Below are positions 9,850 to 18,147 of a DNA stretch of 29,444 bases, piece by piece. This DNA is from a virus. Taxonomy: Duplodnaviria; Heunggongvirae; Uroviricota; Caudoviricetes. The notes beneath the pieces were generated by a model. The model was not told the origin of the DNA and made no database searches. It saw only the letters and a program-made list of their open reading frames with translations. The DNA lies in IMG/VR virus record IMGVR_UViG_2563366842_000005; one strand, given 5' to 3'. A program made the translations under genes and the position numbers. Numbering within the stretch: the stretch's first letter is position 1; every line of letters starts with the position of its first letter.

Positions 9850-9927
9850 GAGTACGATACTAAAGCACTTGCAAAAACTTTCAGTTCAACCATAATGCGT
9901 ACTGAAAGTACGAAAAAGGACATTCCT
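9850..9927. promoter_or_regulatory. OR operator region with divergent pR/pRM promoters
   Basis: 78-bp cI-cro intergenic. Plus strand has TTGCAA (9869-9874), a 16-nt spacer and CATAAT (9891-9896) as a pR candidate. Inverted repeat CGTACTgaaAGTACG (9898-9912) and AGTAcgaTACT (9851-9861) are operator candidates. Confidence 0.6.
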
Positions 9928-10155
9928 ATGCAAAATCTTGATGAGCCGATTAAAGGTGTCGGCATCCCTGAAGTTGCGAAGGCTTGTGGAGTTAGCGAAA
10001 GGGCTGTCTATAAGTGGCTCAAAAACGGCTTCCTCCCTAAGACTGAGTTTTTTGGGAAAACGAAATACGCATCAAAAATCGAAGAGATTTCTGGTGGCAA
10101 ATATCAAGCAAGCGAAATGCTTGAAATAAGCAAAAAGAACCTTCTGGCAGCATAA
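9928..10155 (+). CDS. cro: Cro-type repressor (HTH)
   Basis: 75 aa from ATG 9928 with AAGGA SD (MQNLDEPIKGVGIPEVAKACGVSERAVYKWLKNG...). The track start at 9895 lies inside the candidate pR -10 and lacks an SD. Confidence 0.75.
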   Translation: MQNLDEPIKGVGIPEVAKACGVSERAVYKWLKNGFLPKTEFFGKTKYASKIEEISGGKYQASEMLEISKKNLLAA

Positions 10156-10162
10156 GTAACAC

Positions 10163-10196
10163 CGCTCTTTATCAATCTGCACCGCCGACAACGCGG
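10163..10196 (+). promoter_or_regulatory. nutR (boxA plus boxB hairpin)
   Basis: CGCTCTTTATC (boxA-like, 10163-10173) followed by hairpin CCGCcgacaacGCGG (10182-10196), between cro and cII. Confidence 0.55.
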
Positions 10197-10261
10197 TAAC
10201 TAATTAAGAACTCATCGAAAGATGCGTATTAGTGATTATTTACCTATGGAAATAGTAAGAA

Positions 10262-10561
10262 ATGGAACAAACAAATTACAGCAAACTATCACAGCGCGAC
10301 GTTGATCGCGCAGAAACAGATTTACTTATCAACCTGTCAACGCTTACTCAGCGCGGTCTGGCAAAGATGATTGGCTGTCATGAATCGAAGATAAGCAGAA
10401 CAGACTGGAGGTTTATAGCTTCGGTCTTGTGTGCTTTTGGCATGGCATCAGACATCAGTCCGATTAGCAGAGCTTTTAAGTATGCGCTTGATGAAATCAC
10501 CAATAAAAAACGCCCGGTGTGCAAGACCGAGCGTTCTGAACAAATCCAGATGGAGTTCTGA
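10262..10561 (+). CDS. cII: CII transcriptional activator
   Basis: 99-aa ORF after cro; C terminus ITNKKRPVCKTERSEQIQMEF closely matches lambda CII; the N-terminal DNA-binding part differs. Confidence 0.8.
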   Translation: MEQTNYSKLSQRDVDRAETDLLINLSTLTQRGLAKMIGCHESKISRTDWRFIASVLCAFGMASDISPISRAFKYALDEITNKKRPVCKTERSEQIQMEF

Positions 10562-10583
10562 GGTCATTACTGGATCTATCAAC
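10502..10583 (-). ncRNA. oop: OOP antisense RNA (antisense to the cII 3' end)
   Basis: Minus strand reads GTTGATAGATCCAGTAATGACCTCAGAACTCCATCTGGATTTGTTCAGAACGCTCGGtcttgcacaCCGGGCGTTTTTTATT, near-identical to lambda OOP as recalled. 7-bp stem (one G-U pair) plus U-run at the 3' end. Upstream pO-like promoter (TTGAGT, 17-nt spacer, CATAAT) overlaps the O start. Confidence 0.65.
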
Positions 10584-10593
10584 AGGAGTCATT

Positions 10594-11493
10594 ATGACAA
10601 ATACAGCAAAAATACTCAACTTCGGCAGAGGTAACTTTGCCGGACAGGAGCGTAATGTGGCAGATCTCGATGATGGTTACGCCAGACTATCAAATATGCT
10701 GCTTGAGGCTTATTCGGGCGCAGATCTGACCAAGCGACAGTTTAAAGTGCTGCTTGCCATTCTGCGTAAAACCTATGGGTGGAATAAACCAATGGACAGA
10801 ATCACCGATTCTCAACTTAGCGAGATTACAAAGTTACCTGTCAAACGGTGCAATGAAGCCAAGTTAGAACTCGTCAGAATGAATATTATCAAGCAGCAAG
10901 GCGGCATGTTTGGACCAAACAAAAACATCTCAGAATGGTGCATCCCTCAAAACGAGGGAAAATCCCCTAAAACGAGGGATAAAACATCCCTCAAATTGGG
11001 GGATTGCTATCCCTCAAAACAGGGGGACACAAAAGACACTATTACAAAAGAAAAAAGAAAAGATTATTCGTCCGAGAATTCTGGCGAATCCTCTGACCAG
11101 CCAGAAAACGATCTTTCTGTGGTTAAACCGGATGCTGCAATTCAGAGCGGCAGTAAGTGGGGAACAGCAGAAGACCTGACCGCCGCAGAGTGGATGTTTG
11201 ACATGGTGAAGACCATCGCGCCATCAGCCAGAAAACCGAATTTTGCTGGGTGGGCTAACGATATCCGCCTGATGCGTGAACGTGACGGACGTAACCACCG
11301 CGATATGTGTGTGCTTTTCCGCTGGGCCTGCCAGGACAACTTCTGGTCCGGTAACGTGCTGAGTCCGGCCAAACTCCGCGACAAGTGGACCCAGCTCGAA
11401 ATCAACCGTAACAAGCAACAGGCTGGCGTGACAGCCGGAAAACCAAAACTCGACCTGACAAACACTGACTGGATTTACGGGGTGGATCTATGA
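10594..11493 (+). CDS. O: Replication initiator O
   Basis: 299-aa translation (MTNTAKILNFGRGNFAGQERNVADLDDGYARLSNMLLEAY...) matches lambda O; iterons lie inside the gene. Confidence 0.95.
   Translation: MTNTAKILNFGRGNFAGQERNVADLDDGYARLSNMLLEAYSGADLTKRQFKVLLAILRKTYGWNKPMDRITDSQLSEITKLPVKRCNEAKLELVRMNIIKQQGGMFGPNKNISEWCIPQNEGKSPKTRDKTSLKLGDCYPSKQGDTKDTITKEKRKDYSSENSGESSDQPENDLSVVKPDAAIQSGSKWGTAEDLTAAEWMFDMVKTIAPSARKPNFAGWANDIRLMRERDGRNHRDMCVLFRWACQDNFWSGNVLSPAKLRDKWTQLEINRNKQQAGVTAGKPKLDLTNTDWIYGVDL
10942..11070. repeat. ori: ori lambda: four iterons plus adjacent AT-rich stretch
   Basis: Four tandem ~18-22 bp repeats of the ATCCCTCAAAACGAGGGA type (10942-11028), then an A-rich run (acaaaagacactattacaaaagaaaaaagaaaag). 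Confidence 0.8.
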
Positions 11494-12191
11494 AAAACAT
11501 CGCCGCACAGATGGTTAACTTTGACCGTGAGCAGATGCGTCGGATCGCCAACAACATGCCGGAACAGTACGACGAAAAGCCACAGGTACAGCAGGTAGCG
11601 CAGATCATCAACGGTGTGTTCAGCCAGTTACTGGCAACTTTCCCGGCGAGCCTGGCTAACCGTGACCAGAACGAACTGAACGAAATCCGCCGCCAGTGGG
11701 TTCTGGCTTTCCGGGAAAACGGGATCACCACAATGGAACAGGTTAACGCAGGAATGCGCGTAGCCCGTCGGCAGAATCGACCATTTCTGCCATCACCCGG
11801 GCAGTTTGTTGCATGGTGCCGGGAAGAAGCATCCGTTATCGCCGGACTGCCAAACGTCAGCGAGCTGGTTGATATGGTTTACGAGTATTGCCGGAAGCGA
11901 GGCCTGTATCCGGATGCGGAGTCTTATCCGTGGAAATCAAATGCGCACTACTGGCTGGTTACCAACCTGTATCAGAACATGCGGGCCAATGCGCTTACTG
12001 ATGCGGAATTACGCCGTAAGGCCGCAGATGAGCTTGTCCATATGACTGCGAGAATTAACCGTGGTGAGGCGATCCCTGAACCAGTAAAACAACTTCCTGT
12101 CATGGGCGGTAGACCTCTAAATCGTGCACAGGCTCTGGCGAAGATCGCAGAAATCAAAGCTAAGTTCGGACTGAAAGGAGCAAGTGTATGA
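11490..12191 (+). CDS. P: Replication protein P (DnaB helicase loader)
   Basis: 233-aa translation (MKNIAAQMVNFDREQMRRIANNMPEQYDEKPQVQQ...) matches lambda P; 4-nt overlap with O. Confidence 0.95.
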   Translation: MKNIAAQMVNFDREQMRRIANNMPEQYDEKPQVQQVAQIINGVFSQLLATFPASLANRDQNELNEIRRQWVLAFRENGITTMEQVNAGMRVARRQNRPFLPSPGQFVAWCREEASVIAGLPNVSELVDMVYEYCRKRGLYPDAESYPWKSNAHYWLVTNLYQNMRANALTDAELRRKAADELVHMTARINRGEAIPEPVKQLPVMGGRPLNRAQALAKIAEIKAKFGLKGASV

Positions 12192-12478
12192 CGGGCAAAG
12201 AGGCAATTATTCATTACCTGGGGACGCATAATAGCTTCTGTGCGCCGGACGTTGCCGCGCTAACAGGCGCAACAGTAACCAGCATAAATCAGGCCGCGGC
12301 TAAAATGGCACGGGCAGGTCTTCTGGTTATCGAAGGTAAGGTCTGGCGAACGGTGTATTACCGGTTTGCTACCAGGGAAGAACGGGAAGGAAAGATGAGC
12401 ACGAACCTGATTTTCAAGGAGTGTCGCCAGAGTGCCGCGATGAAACGGGTATTGGCGGTATATGGAGTTAAAAGATGA
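12188..12478 (+). CDS. ren: Ren
   Basis: 96-aa ORF directly after P (MTGKEAIIHYLGTHNSFCAPDVAALTGATVTSINQAAAKM...), matches lambda Ren. Confidence 0.85.
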   Translation: MTGKEAIIHYLGTHNSFCAPDVAALTGATVTSINQAAAKMARAGLLVIEGKVWRTVYYRFATREEREGKMSTNLIFKECRQSAAMKRVLAVYGVKR

Positions 12479-12551
12479 CCATCTACATTACTGAGCTAAT
12501 AACAGGCCTGCTGGTAATCGCAGGCCTTTTTATTTGGGGGAGAGGGAAGTC

Positions 12552-12992
12552 ATGAAAAAACTAACCTTTGAAATTCGATCTCCAGCACATCAGCAAAACG
12601 CTATTCACGCAGTACAGCAAATCCTTCCAGACCCAACCAAACCAATCGTAGTAACCATTCAGGAACGCAACCGCAGCTTAGACCAAAACAGGAAGCTATG
12701 GGCCTGCTTAGGTGACGTCTCTCGTCAGGTTGAATGGCATGGTCGCTGGCTGGATGCAGAAAGCTGGAAGTGTGTGTTTACCGCAGCATTAAAGCAGCAG
12801 GATGTTGTTCCTAACCTTGCCGGGAATGGCTTTGTGGTAATAGGCCAGTCAACCAGCAGGATGCGTGTAGGCGAATTTGCGGAGCTATTAGAGCTTATAC
12901 AGGCATTCGGTACAGAGCGTGGCGTTAAGTGGTCAGACGAAGCGAGACTGGCTCTGGAGTGGAAAGCGAGATGGGGAGATCGGGCTGCATGA
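12552..12992 (+). CDS. ninB: NinB (Orf recombination mediator family)
   Basis: 146 aa from ATG 12552 (MKKLTFEIRSPAHQQNAIHAVQQILPDPTKP...), matches lambda NinB; the track ORF starts at an upstream TTG. Confidence 0.85.
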   Translation: MKKLTFEIRSPAHQQNAIHAVQQILPDPTKPIVVTIQERNRSLDQNRKLWACLGDVSRQVEWHGRWLDAESWKCVFTAALKQQDVVPNLAGNGFVVIGQSTSRMRVGEFAELLELIQAFGTERGVKWSDEARLALEWKARWGDRAA

Positions 12993-13516
12993 CTATCAAA
13001 TCAAATACGCCAGCACACGACAAGGACTGCTGGCAAACGCCGCTTTGGCTTTTTGATGCACTGGATATTGAGTTTGGATTCTGGCTGGATTCGGCAGCGA
13101 GCGACAAAAATGCTCTGTGTGCTCACTGGCTAACTGAGGCCGACGACGCGCTCAATTCTGAGTGGGTAAGCCACGGTGCAATCTGGAATAACCCACCGTA
13201 CAGCAATATCAGGCCGTGGGTGGAAAAAGCCGCTGAGCAGTGCATACAACAGCGACAGACGGTAGTTATGCTTGTGCCAGAGGATATGTCAGTCGGATGG
13301 TTCAGCAAGGCTCTGGAGAGTGTCGACGAAGTTCGCATTATCACTGATGGACGGATTAATTTTATCGAACCATCGACAGGGCTGGAGAAGAAGGGAAACA
13401 GCAAAGGCTCCATGCTGCTGATTTGGCGACCGTTCATCAGTCCTCGACGGATGTTTACTACCGTATCCAAAGCGGCATTGATGGCGATCGGGCAGGGCGT
13501 CAGGAGGGCGGCATGA
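12989..13516 (+). CDS. Phage DNA N6-adenine methyltransferase (Dam-like)
   Basis: ATG at 12989 overlaps the ninB stop (ATGA). Contains the catalytic N6-MTase motif NPPY (IWNNPPYSN). An alternative upstream ATG at 12971 is possible. Confidence 0.75.
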   Translation: MTIKSNTPAHDKDCWQTPLWLFDALDIEFGFWLDSAASDKNALCAHWLTEADDALNSEWVSHGAIWNNPPYSNIRPWVEKAAEQCIQQRQTVVMLVPEDMSVGWFSKALESVDEVRIITDGRINFIEPSTGLEKKGNSKGSMLLIWRPFISPRRMFTTVSKAALMAIGQGVRRAA

Positions 13517-13689
13517 GGCGACAGCGACGAAGTTTCACCGACATCATCTGCGAAAACTGCAAATACCTTCCAACGAAACGCTCCAGAAATAAACGCAAGC
13601 CAATCCCAAAAGAATCTGACGTAAAAACCTTCAATTACACAGCTCACCTGTGGGATATCCGGTGGCTAAGATATCGTGCGAGGAAATGA
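13513..13689 (+). CDS. ninE: NinE
   Basis: 58 aa from ATG 13513 with GGAGGG SD ([58 protein letters not shown]), matches lambda/DLP12 NinE. Confidence 0.8.
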   Translation: MRRQRRSFTDIICENCKYLPTKRSRNKRKPIPKESDVKTFNYTAHLWDIRWLRYRARK

Positions 13690-13691
13690 CA

Positions 13692-14033
13692 ATGGATTAT
13701 TCACAGTTAAGTGATTTTGAAATTAACAGAATGGTAGGAGACATAATTTTTAAAGGCCTTTGGGCAAGTAAACCGGAAACATCAGGGAATAACACCAACA
13801 AATGGTATTACGGAAATGCTGATACAACTTTTGAGCCATTAAATCATTTGCCTGACTACTGCAATGATCCGAGCGCTTCATGGCCGATTATTGAGAAATA
13901 CAGGATTTCTATCTTAGACCAGTTAACTGAATGGTGTGTGGATGCAAAAGGCGTAAGCCCAATATTTGATACCAGACCTCTCCGCGCCGCCATTATTGTC
14001 TTTCTCCTGATGCAGGAGGCCAATAATGCTTAG
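13692..14033 (+). CDS. Hypothetical nin-region protein (NinX-like by position)
   Basis: 113 aa from ATG 13692 (GAGGA SD); AT-rich; sits where P22-type nin regions carry ninX. Family assignment is not verified. Confidence 0.5.
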   Translation: MDYSQLSDFEINRMVGDIIFKGLWASKPETSGNNTNKWYYGNADTTFEPLNHLPDYCNDPSASWPIIEKYRISILDQLTEWCVDAKGVSPIFDTRPLRAAIIVFLLMQEANNA

Positions 14034-14220
14034 CCCATCTCAATCCCTTCAATACCTGAAAGGAAGCATAGAGCGGGCTTCAATGTGCACAGAGTGGATT
14101 CTATCTAGGTTTAGCGCATACAGAAGATTGCCGGTAAAGGGCATGCCAAGCAAGTCGATGCTGCATATGCAAAAGAATGCGCGCGGGAAGGTATGGCGAG
14201 AACGCAGGTTATCTGGCTGA
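14026..14220 (+). CDS. ninF: NinF-like small protein
   Basis: 64-aa ORF; the first 24 residues ([24 protein letters not shown]) resemble lambda NinF as recalled, the remainder diverges; may be a variant or a frameshifted remnant. Confidence 0.4.
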   Translation: MLSPSQSLQYLKGSIERASMCTEWILSRFSAYRRLPVKGMPSKSMLHMQKNARGKVWRERRLSG

Positions 14221-14239
14221 AAGAGGGGGTAATTAAGGC

Positions 14240-14602
14240 GTGAATACTTACCACATCACACTACCCTGGCCTCCGAGCAATAATCGCTATTATCGCCATA
14301 ATCGCGGGCGCACGCACGTCAGCGCAGAGGGGCAGGCATACCGCGATAACGTCGCCCGAATCATTAAAAACGCAATGCTGGATATCGGCCTGGCGATGCC
14401 TGTGAAAATCCGCATTGAGTGCCACATGCCGGATCGCCGTCGCCGTGACCTGGATAATCTGCAAAAAGCCGCTTTTGACGCACTCACCAAAGCAGGTTTC
14501 TGGCTGGATGATGCTCAGGTCGTTGATTACCGCGTTGTGAAGATGCCTGTTACCAAAGGTGGGAGGCTGGAATTGACCATCACCGAAATGGGGAATGAAT
14601 GA
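14240..14602 (+). CDS. rusA: RusA Holliday-junction resolvase
   Basis: 120 aa from GTG 14240 ([42 protein letters not shown]...), matches E. coli DLP12 RusA. Confidence 0.9.
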   Translation: MNTYHITLPWPPSNNRYYRHNRGRTHVSAEGQAYRDNVARIIKNAMLDIGLAMPVKIRIECHMPDRRRRDLDNLQKAAFDALTKAGFWLDDAQVVDYRVVKMPVTKGGRLELTITEMGNE

Positions 14603-14739
14603 TGTTTGAGTTTTATATGGCAGAACGTCTTCGCCACCGCTGGGTGCGTCTGCGCTTATATCGTTTCCCCGGTTCTGTTTTGACCGATTACCGAATACTG
14701 AAGAATTACGCCAAAACACTGACAGGAGCAGGAGTATGA
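14599..14739 (+). CDS. ylcG: YlcG-like small protein
   Basis: Not in the track (<60 aa). ATG at 14599 overlaps the rusA stop; 46 aa [46 protein letters not shown], recalled as DLP12 YlcG between rusA and Q. Confidence 0.55.
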   Translation: MMFEFYMAERLRHRWVRLRLYRFPGSVLTDYRILKNYAKTLTGAGV

Positions 14740-14824
14740 AGTCAGAGATAACAATCAACTAATACTGTTTTGCTGATTTTTGCTTGTAATTGGCGTTCTG
14801 GTCTGATTTTTGTGGAGTAAGTTG

Positions 14825-15202
14825 ATGCGTGATATTCAGATGGTTCTTGAGCGTTGGGGAGCGTGGGCGGCTAATAATCATGAAGATGTGACCTGGTCGT
14901 CCATTGCCGCCGGTTTTAAGGGATTAATTCCTTCAAAAGTAAAATCTCGCCCGCAATGTTGTGACGATGACGCGATGATCATTTGCGGGTGCATGGCCCG
15001 TCTGAAAAATAACAACAGCGATTTGCATGATTTGTTAGTGGACTATTATGTCGGCGGCATGACTTTTATGGCGCTTGCGCGTAAGCATGGTAGATCTGAT
15101 TGTTGGATTGGCAGGATGCTCCAAAAAGCTGAGGGCGTAGTGGAGGGCATGCTGATGGTGTTGGATCTCAGATTGGAGATGGATGCTGATTGTTTGAGAT
15201 AA
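14825..15202 (+). CDS. Q: Late-gene antiterminator Q (DLP12 QuuD / phage 82-type)
   Basis: 125 aa from ATG 14825 ([24 protein letters not shown]...), immediately upstream of a pR'/tR'-like region and the lysis genes; the track begins at an upstream TTG. Confidence 0.8.
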   Translation: MRDIQMVLERWGAWAANNHEDVTWSSIAAGFKGLIPSKVKSRPQCCDDDAMIICGCMARLKNNNSDLHDLLVDYYVGGMTFMALARKHGRSDCWIGRMLQKAEGVVEGMLMVLDLRLEMDADCLR

Positions 15203-15301
15203 TTAAAGGAAAAGTTGCTGTCTGGTTATCATTAGACTAATGTTTCAAATGTTAGAATCGCAACGTAGTTATGATCATATAACAGCTTGTTCCCTGATTT
15301 A

Positions 15302-15330
15302 GCCAGCCTCCCCAAAGGCTGGTTTTTTTT
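15302..15330 (+). terminator. tR'-like rho-independent terminator downstream of Q
   Basis: GCCAGCCtccccaaaGGCTGG followed by eight T. A TAGAAT hexamer at 15254-15259 would give a roughly 65-nt pR' transcript ending here. Confidence 0.6.
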
Positions 15331-15358
15331 CTAATAAGTATCAATCCGGTTAGGTATT

Positions 15359-15883
15359 TTATTGTTTGACCCATAATAGTTCATTGACATTGAATCCCAA
15401 TTTTTGAGCAGTACGCACATAGTCTGCTTTTACATTATCTGGAATAGTTGGAGTCCGTGCCAGAATCCATAGGTATTCTCTGTTCGGACCACTGACAAGA
15501 GCATACTTATACTCATCATCCAGTTTGATTACATTATAGCCACCATAGAAGGGGCCAAAAAACGAAACCTTCAACGCTGCAGTTGTATTATCTCCTGTAA
15601 AGTATGCTTTACCTTCGCTCTCGCTCCATTTGTTTTTCGTTGGGTCATATCCACGATTAAGTACACTAATCCCTCCGTCGTTCCGTTTCCCATAAGTGGC
15701 GCTGACCTGTTCCAGACCACGTTCAAATCGGTTCTCAAGCCGAGCTATTTCATACCATTTTCCGAGGTAGCGGTTGGTGTCAAAATTTGTAATCGGCTGC
15801 ACACCTTTAGGTGGTGTCGGGGCCTTACATGCTATCAGAGTGAAAGAGAGTGCAATGCCAGTCAACACAGGCCATAACTTCAT
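15359..15883 (-). CDS. blc: Blc-like bacterial lipocalin, outer-membrane lipoprotein
   Basis: 174 aa with lipoprotein signal and lipobox (MKLWPVLTGIALSFTLIAC) and the lipocalin motif NFDTNRYLGKWYEIARLENRFERG; roughly two-thirds identical to E. coli Blc by eye. Opposite strand to the late operon. Confidence 0.85.
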   Translation of the reverse strand: MKLWPVLTGIALSFTLIACKAPTPPKGVQPITNFDTNRYLGKWYEIARLENRFERGLEQVSATYGKRNDGGISVLNRGYDPTKNKWSESEGKAYFTGDNTTAALKVSFFGPFYGGYNVIKLDDEYKYALVSGPNREYLWILARTPTIPDNVKADYVRTAQKLGFNVNELLWVKQ

Positions 15884-16075
15884 AATATATCCTGTACTTT
15901 TGATAGTTGAGAGTAAGTATTAAAGATAGATGATTACTACCGATCACCTAAAGAACTTTCCTACTATATTAGGAATAGTCCATAACAAAAAAATTGTCAG
16001 TGATGACGGCAGAAAGGCAGTTTAGGTCGTGTACTACACTGTTAACCTGTTAATGAATTAGTCAAGGGGTAGGCA

Positions 16076-17035
16076 ATGATAAAAAAACCTGTCGTTGGGA
16101 TCAGTGGTTGTTTGGCCGGTTCTTCTGTCCGTTTTGATGGTGGTCACAAAAGAGCTAGCTTTTTAATGGACAAATTACTGGAATGGGTAACATTCAAACC
16201 AGTATGTCCGGAAATGGCTATAGGGCTTCCAGTTCCGCGTCCTGCTCTACGTCTTGTTCGCTCGGCGCAAGGAAATATACGGATGTGTTTCAGCCACGAC
16301 CAGAATGAGGATGTTACAGAGAAAATGACAGAGTTTAGTCGTTCTTATCTTGACAAATTAAAGGATGTATCGGGATTTGTGGTTTGTGCAAAATCTCCTA
16401 GCTGTGGTATGGAACGCGTGCGTGTATATGATGAAAATGGTAATCGTGGTCGTAAAGATGGAGTGGGACTATTTACGAGCACGTTGATGGAAAGGTTTTC
16501 CTGGCTACCGGTTGAAGAGGATGGGCGACTACATGATCCAGTGCTTCGTGAAAACTTTGTTGAAAGAGTATTTGCTTTACATGAGCTCAATCATCTTTAT
16601 AAAGCGAAATTATCAAGAAGGGAATTATTAGCTTTTCATAGCCGTTATAAGCTTCAGTTGTTGGCGCATAGCCAGGCCGGTTATAAAGAGATGGGGCCAT
16701 TTGTGGCTGCAATACATGAGTGGGCAGACCTTGAATCATACTTTGAGGTGTATCGTGAGAAGCTGATGGCGATTCTCAGAAAACCTGCATCACGTAAAAA
16801 TCACACGAATGTGCTGATGCATATACAGGGATATTTTAGTAACTGCTTAAATACACGTCAGCGTAAAGAGTTGAGCGATGTTATACTTAACTATCGAGCT
16901 GGCACGCTACCTCTTCTTGCGCCATTAACTTTGCTGAAGCATTACTTGGCAGAGTATCCTGATGATTATTTGCTTATACAGAATTACTTCCACCCCTATC
17001 CTGATGAACTGGCTCTAAGACTCTTGGTGAACTAG
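16076..17035 (+). CDS. Two-domain protein: Cys-containing DUF523 (TudS/YbbK-like) N-terminal domain fused to a DUF1722 (YbgA-like) C-terminal domain
   Basis: 319 aa, ATG 16076 with AAGGGG SD. N-terminal region carries conserved-looking cysteines (GISGCLAG, VCPEMAIG, CAKSPSCGMERV) as in DUF523 Fe-S proteins; C-terminal half is helical and basic. Domain assignment is from memory and needs an HMM search. Confidence 0.55.
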   Translation: MIKKPVVGISGCLAGSSVRFDGGHKRASFLMDKLLEWVTFKPVCPEMAIGLPVPRPALRLVRSAQGNIRMCFSHDQNEDVTEKMTEFSRSYLDKLKDVSGFVVCAKSPSCGMERVRVYDENGNRGRKDGVGLFTSTLMERFSWLPVEEDGRLHDPVLRENFVERVFALHELNHLYKAKLSRRELLAFHSRYKLQLLAHSQAGYKEMGPFVAAIHEWADLESYFEVYREKLMAILRKPASRKNHTNVLMHIQGYFSNCLNTRQRKELSDVILNYRAGTLPLLAPLTLLKHYLAEYPDDYLLIQNYFHPYPDELALRLLVN

Positions 17036-17353
17036 GCGTTTGGAATGCACCAACAAGATGATTTTCTCCTTAGAGAATGTTTACAATCGTAAAAACTTCA
17101 CTATGATATCTATAGTTGTACAGTTTGTAAAAAAATTCGGTTCATGCTTAAGGTAATGTTAATATGTTAATTAATGATTAATAATCAAGCAAGCCAAAAA
17201 TAGTTCTGTTTAATCTAGTATTACATAAATATTTTAAAGAAAATATCAAAGTTCATGATGATATAATGAGATTTTTCTCATTGAAAATATGGCAATTTTA
17301 ATATTTCCACCTATACTTACTTAACTCAAATCTAATTATGTCAGGTGGATGGT

Positions 17354-18085
17354 ATGCCATGCATATGTTCTATCATTTTGGTTTTGAACTCGTTTGATAT
17401 CCGGCTTGGTAAAGAAAAAATCTCTCTAAAAAAAGGAAGTGTTGTTGCTATAGAATACAATTTAAAAGTTTTCTTTTCTTCAAATAAAGATAATATAATG
17501 ATCGTGGATATTGAAGAGAAAACAGTTAATGACTTCTTTAAAAACAATACACTCTCACCTTTTTCTGTAAGAAGATTTTATTCAGCATACTTGATAGTAA
17601 ACTGTACAGACTATTCATTGTTAAAGAACTTGATAGGTTGCTTGAATTGTGATGGTGAAACTACGGCTGTAGTTAAAAATTCAATATTATTTGCATGTCT
17701 TGCTATTTTATCCTCGGAAAAAATGTTTCAGAGTTTTTTGTTTGGGTGTCTTAATAGTTTAGGAAGCAAAGTTAAGGCTATTATTCACTCGGACATATCT
17801 GCAGCATGGAGACTTTGTGATATTTCTTCAAGACTATGTCTGAGTGAAAGTTTGTTAAAAAGAAAACTAAAACACGAAGGCTTATCATTTAGCAAATTAA
17901 TTCTTGAAGAACGAATGGTGATGGCTGAAAGGTTATTAAGCTACAATTTCTATCCTGTTGGGAAAGTTGCTAAAATATGTGGTTATGAAAGCGCGTCATA
18001 TTTTATAAGTGTTTTCAGAAGATATTTTGGTGTTCCCCCCCATGAATATTCATCAAGATTTTTTTTAGAAAAAGGCAAGATGTAA
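17354..18085 (+). CDS. AraC-family transcriptional regulator (AppY/EnvY/Rns-like)
   Basis: C-terminal AraC-type HTH region (KVAKICGYESASYFISVFRRYFGVPPHEY). Very AT-rich gene with an AT-rich upstream region. Start ambiguous: ATG 17354 after an AGGTGGA SD, or GTG 17345. Confidence 0.75.
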   Translation: MPCICSIILVLNSFDIRLGKEKISLKKGSVVAIEYNLKVFFSSNKDNIMIVDIEEKTVNDFFKNNTLSPFSVRRFYSAYLIVNCTDYSLLKNLIGCLNCDGETTAVVKNSILFACLAILSSEKMFQSFLFGCLNSLGSKVKAIIHSDISAAWRLCDISSRLCLSESLLKRKLKHEGLSFSKLILEERMVMAERLLSYNFYPVGKVAKICGYESASYFISVFRRYFGVPPHEYSSRFFLEKGKM

Positions 18086-18147
18086 CGTGATGCGTTTTGA
18101 TGATTTTGTAATTTTCATATTTGATGATTATATGATGCTTTCAGCTA

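Noticed and set aside
10942-11028. Tandem direct repeats that could be mistaken for a CRISPR array
   Set aside because: These are the four ori iterons inside gene O, with no unique spacers and no cas genes; no CRISPR array is present in the window.
12929-12988. N-terminal extension of the methyltransferase ORF in the track
   Set aside because: The extension overlaps the ninB coding region; the ATG at 12989 coupled to the ninB stop (or 12971) is more plausible.
17341-17547. 68-aa minus-strand ORF
   Set aside because: Antisense to the 5' end of the AraC-family gene in extremely AT-rich DNA where spurious ORFs are common.
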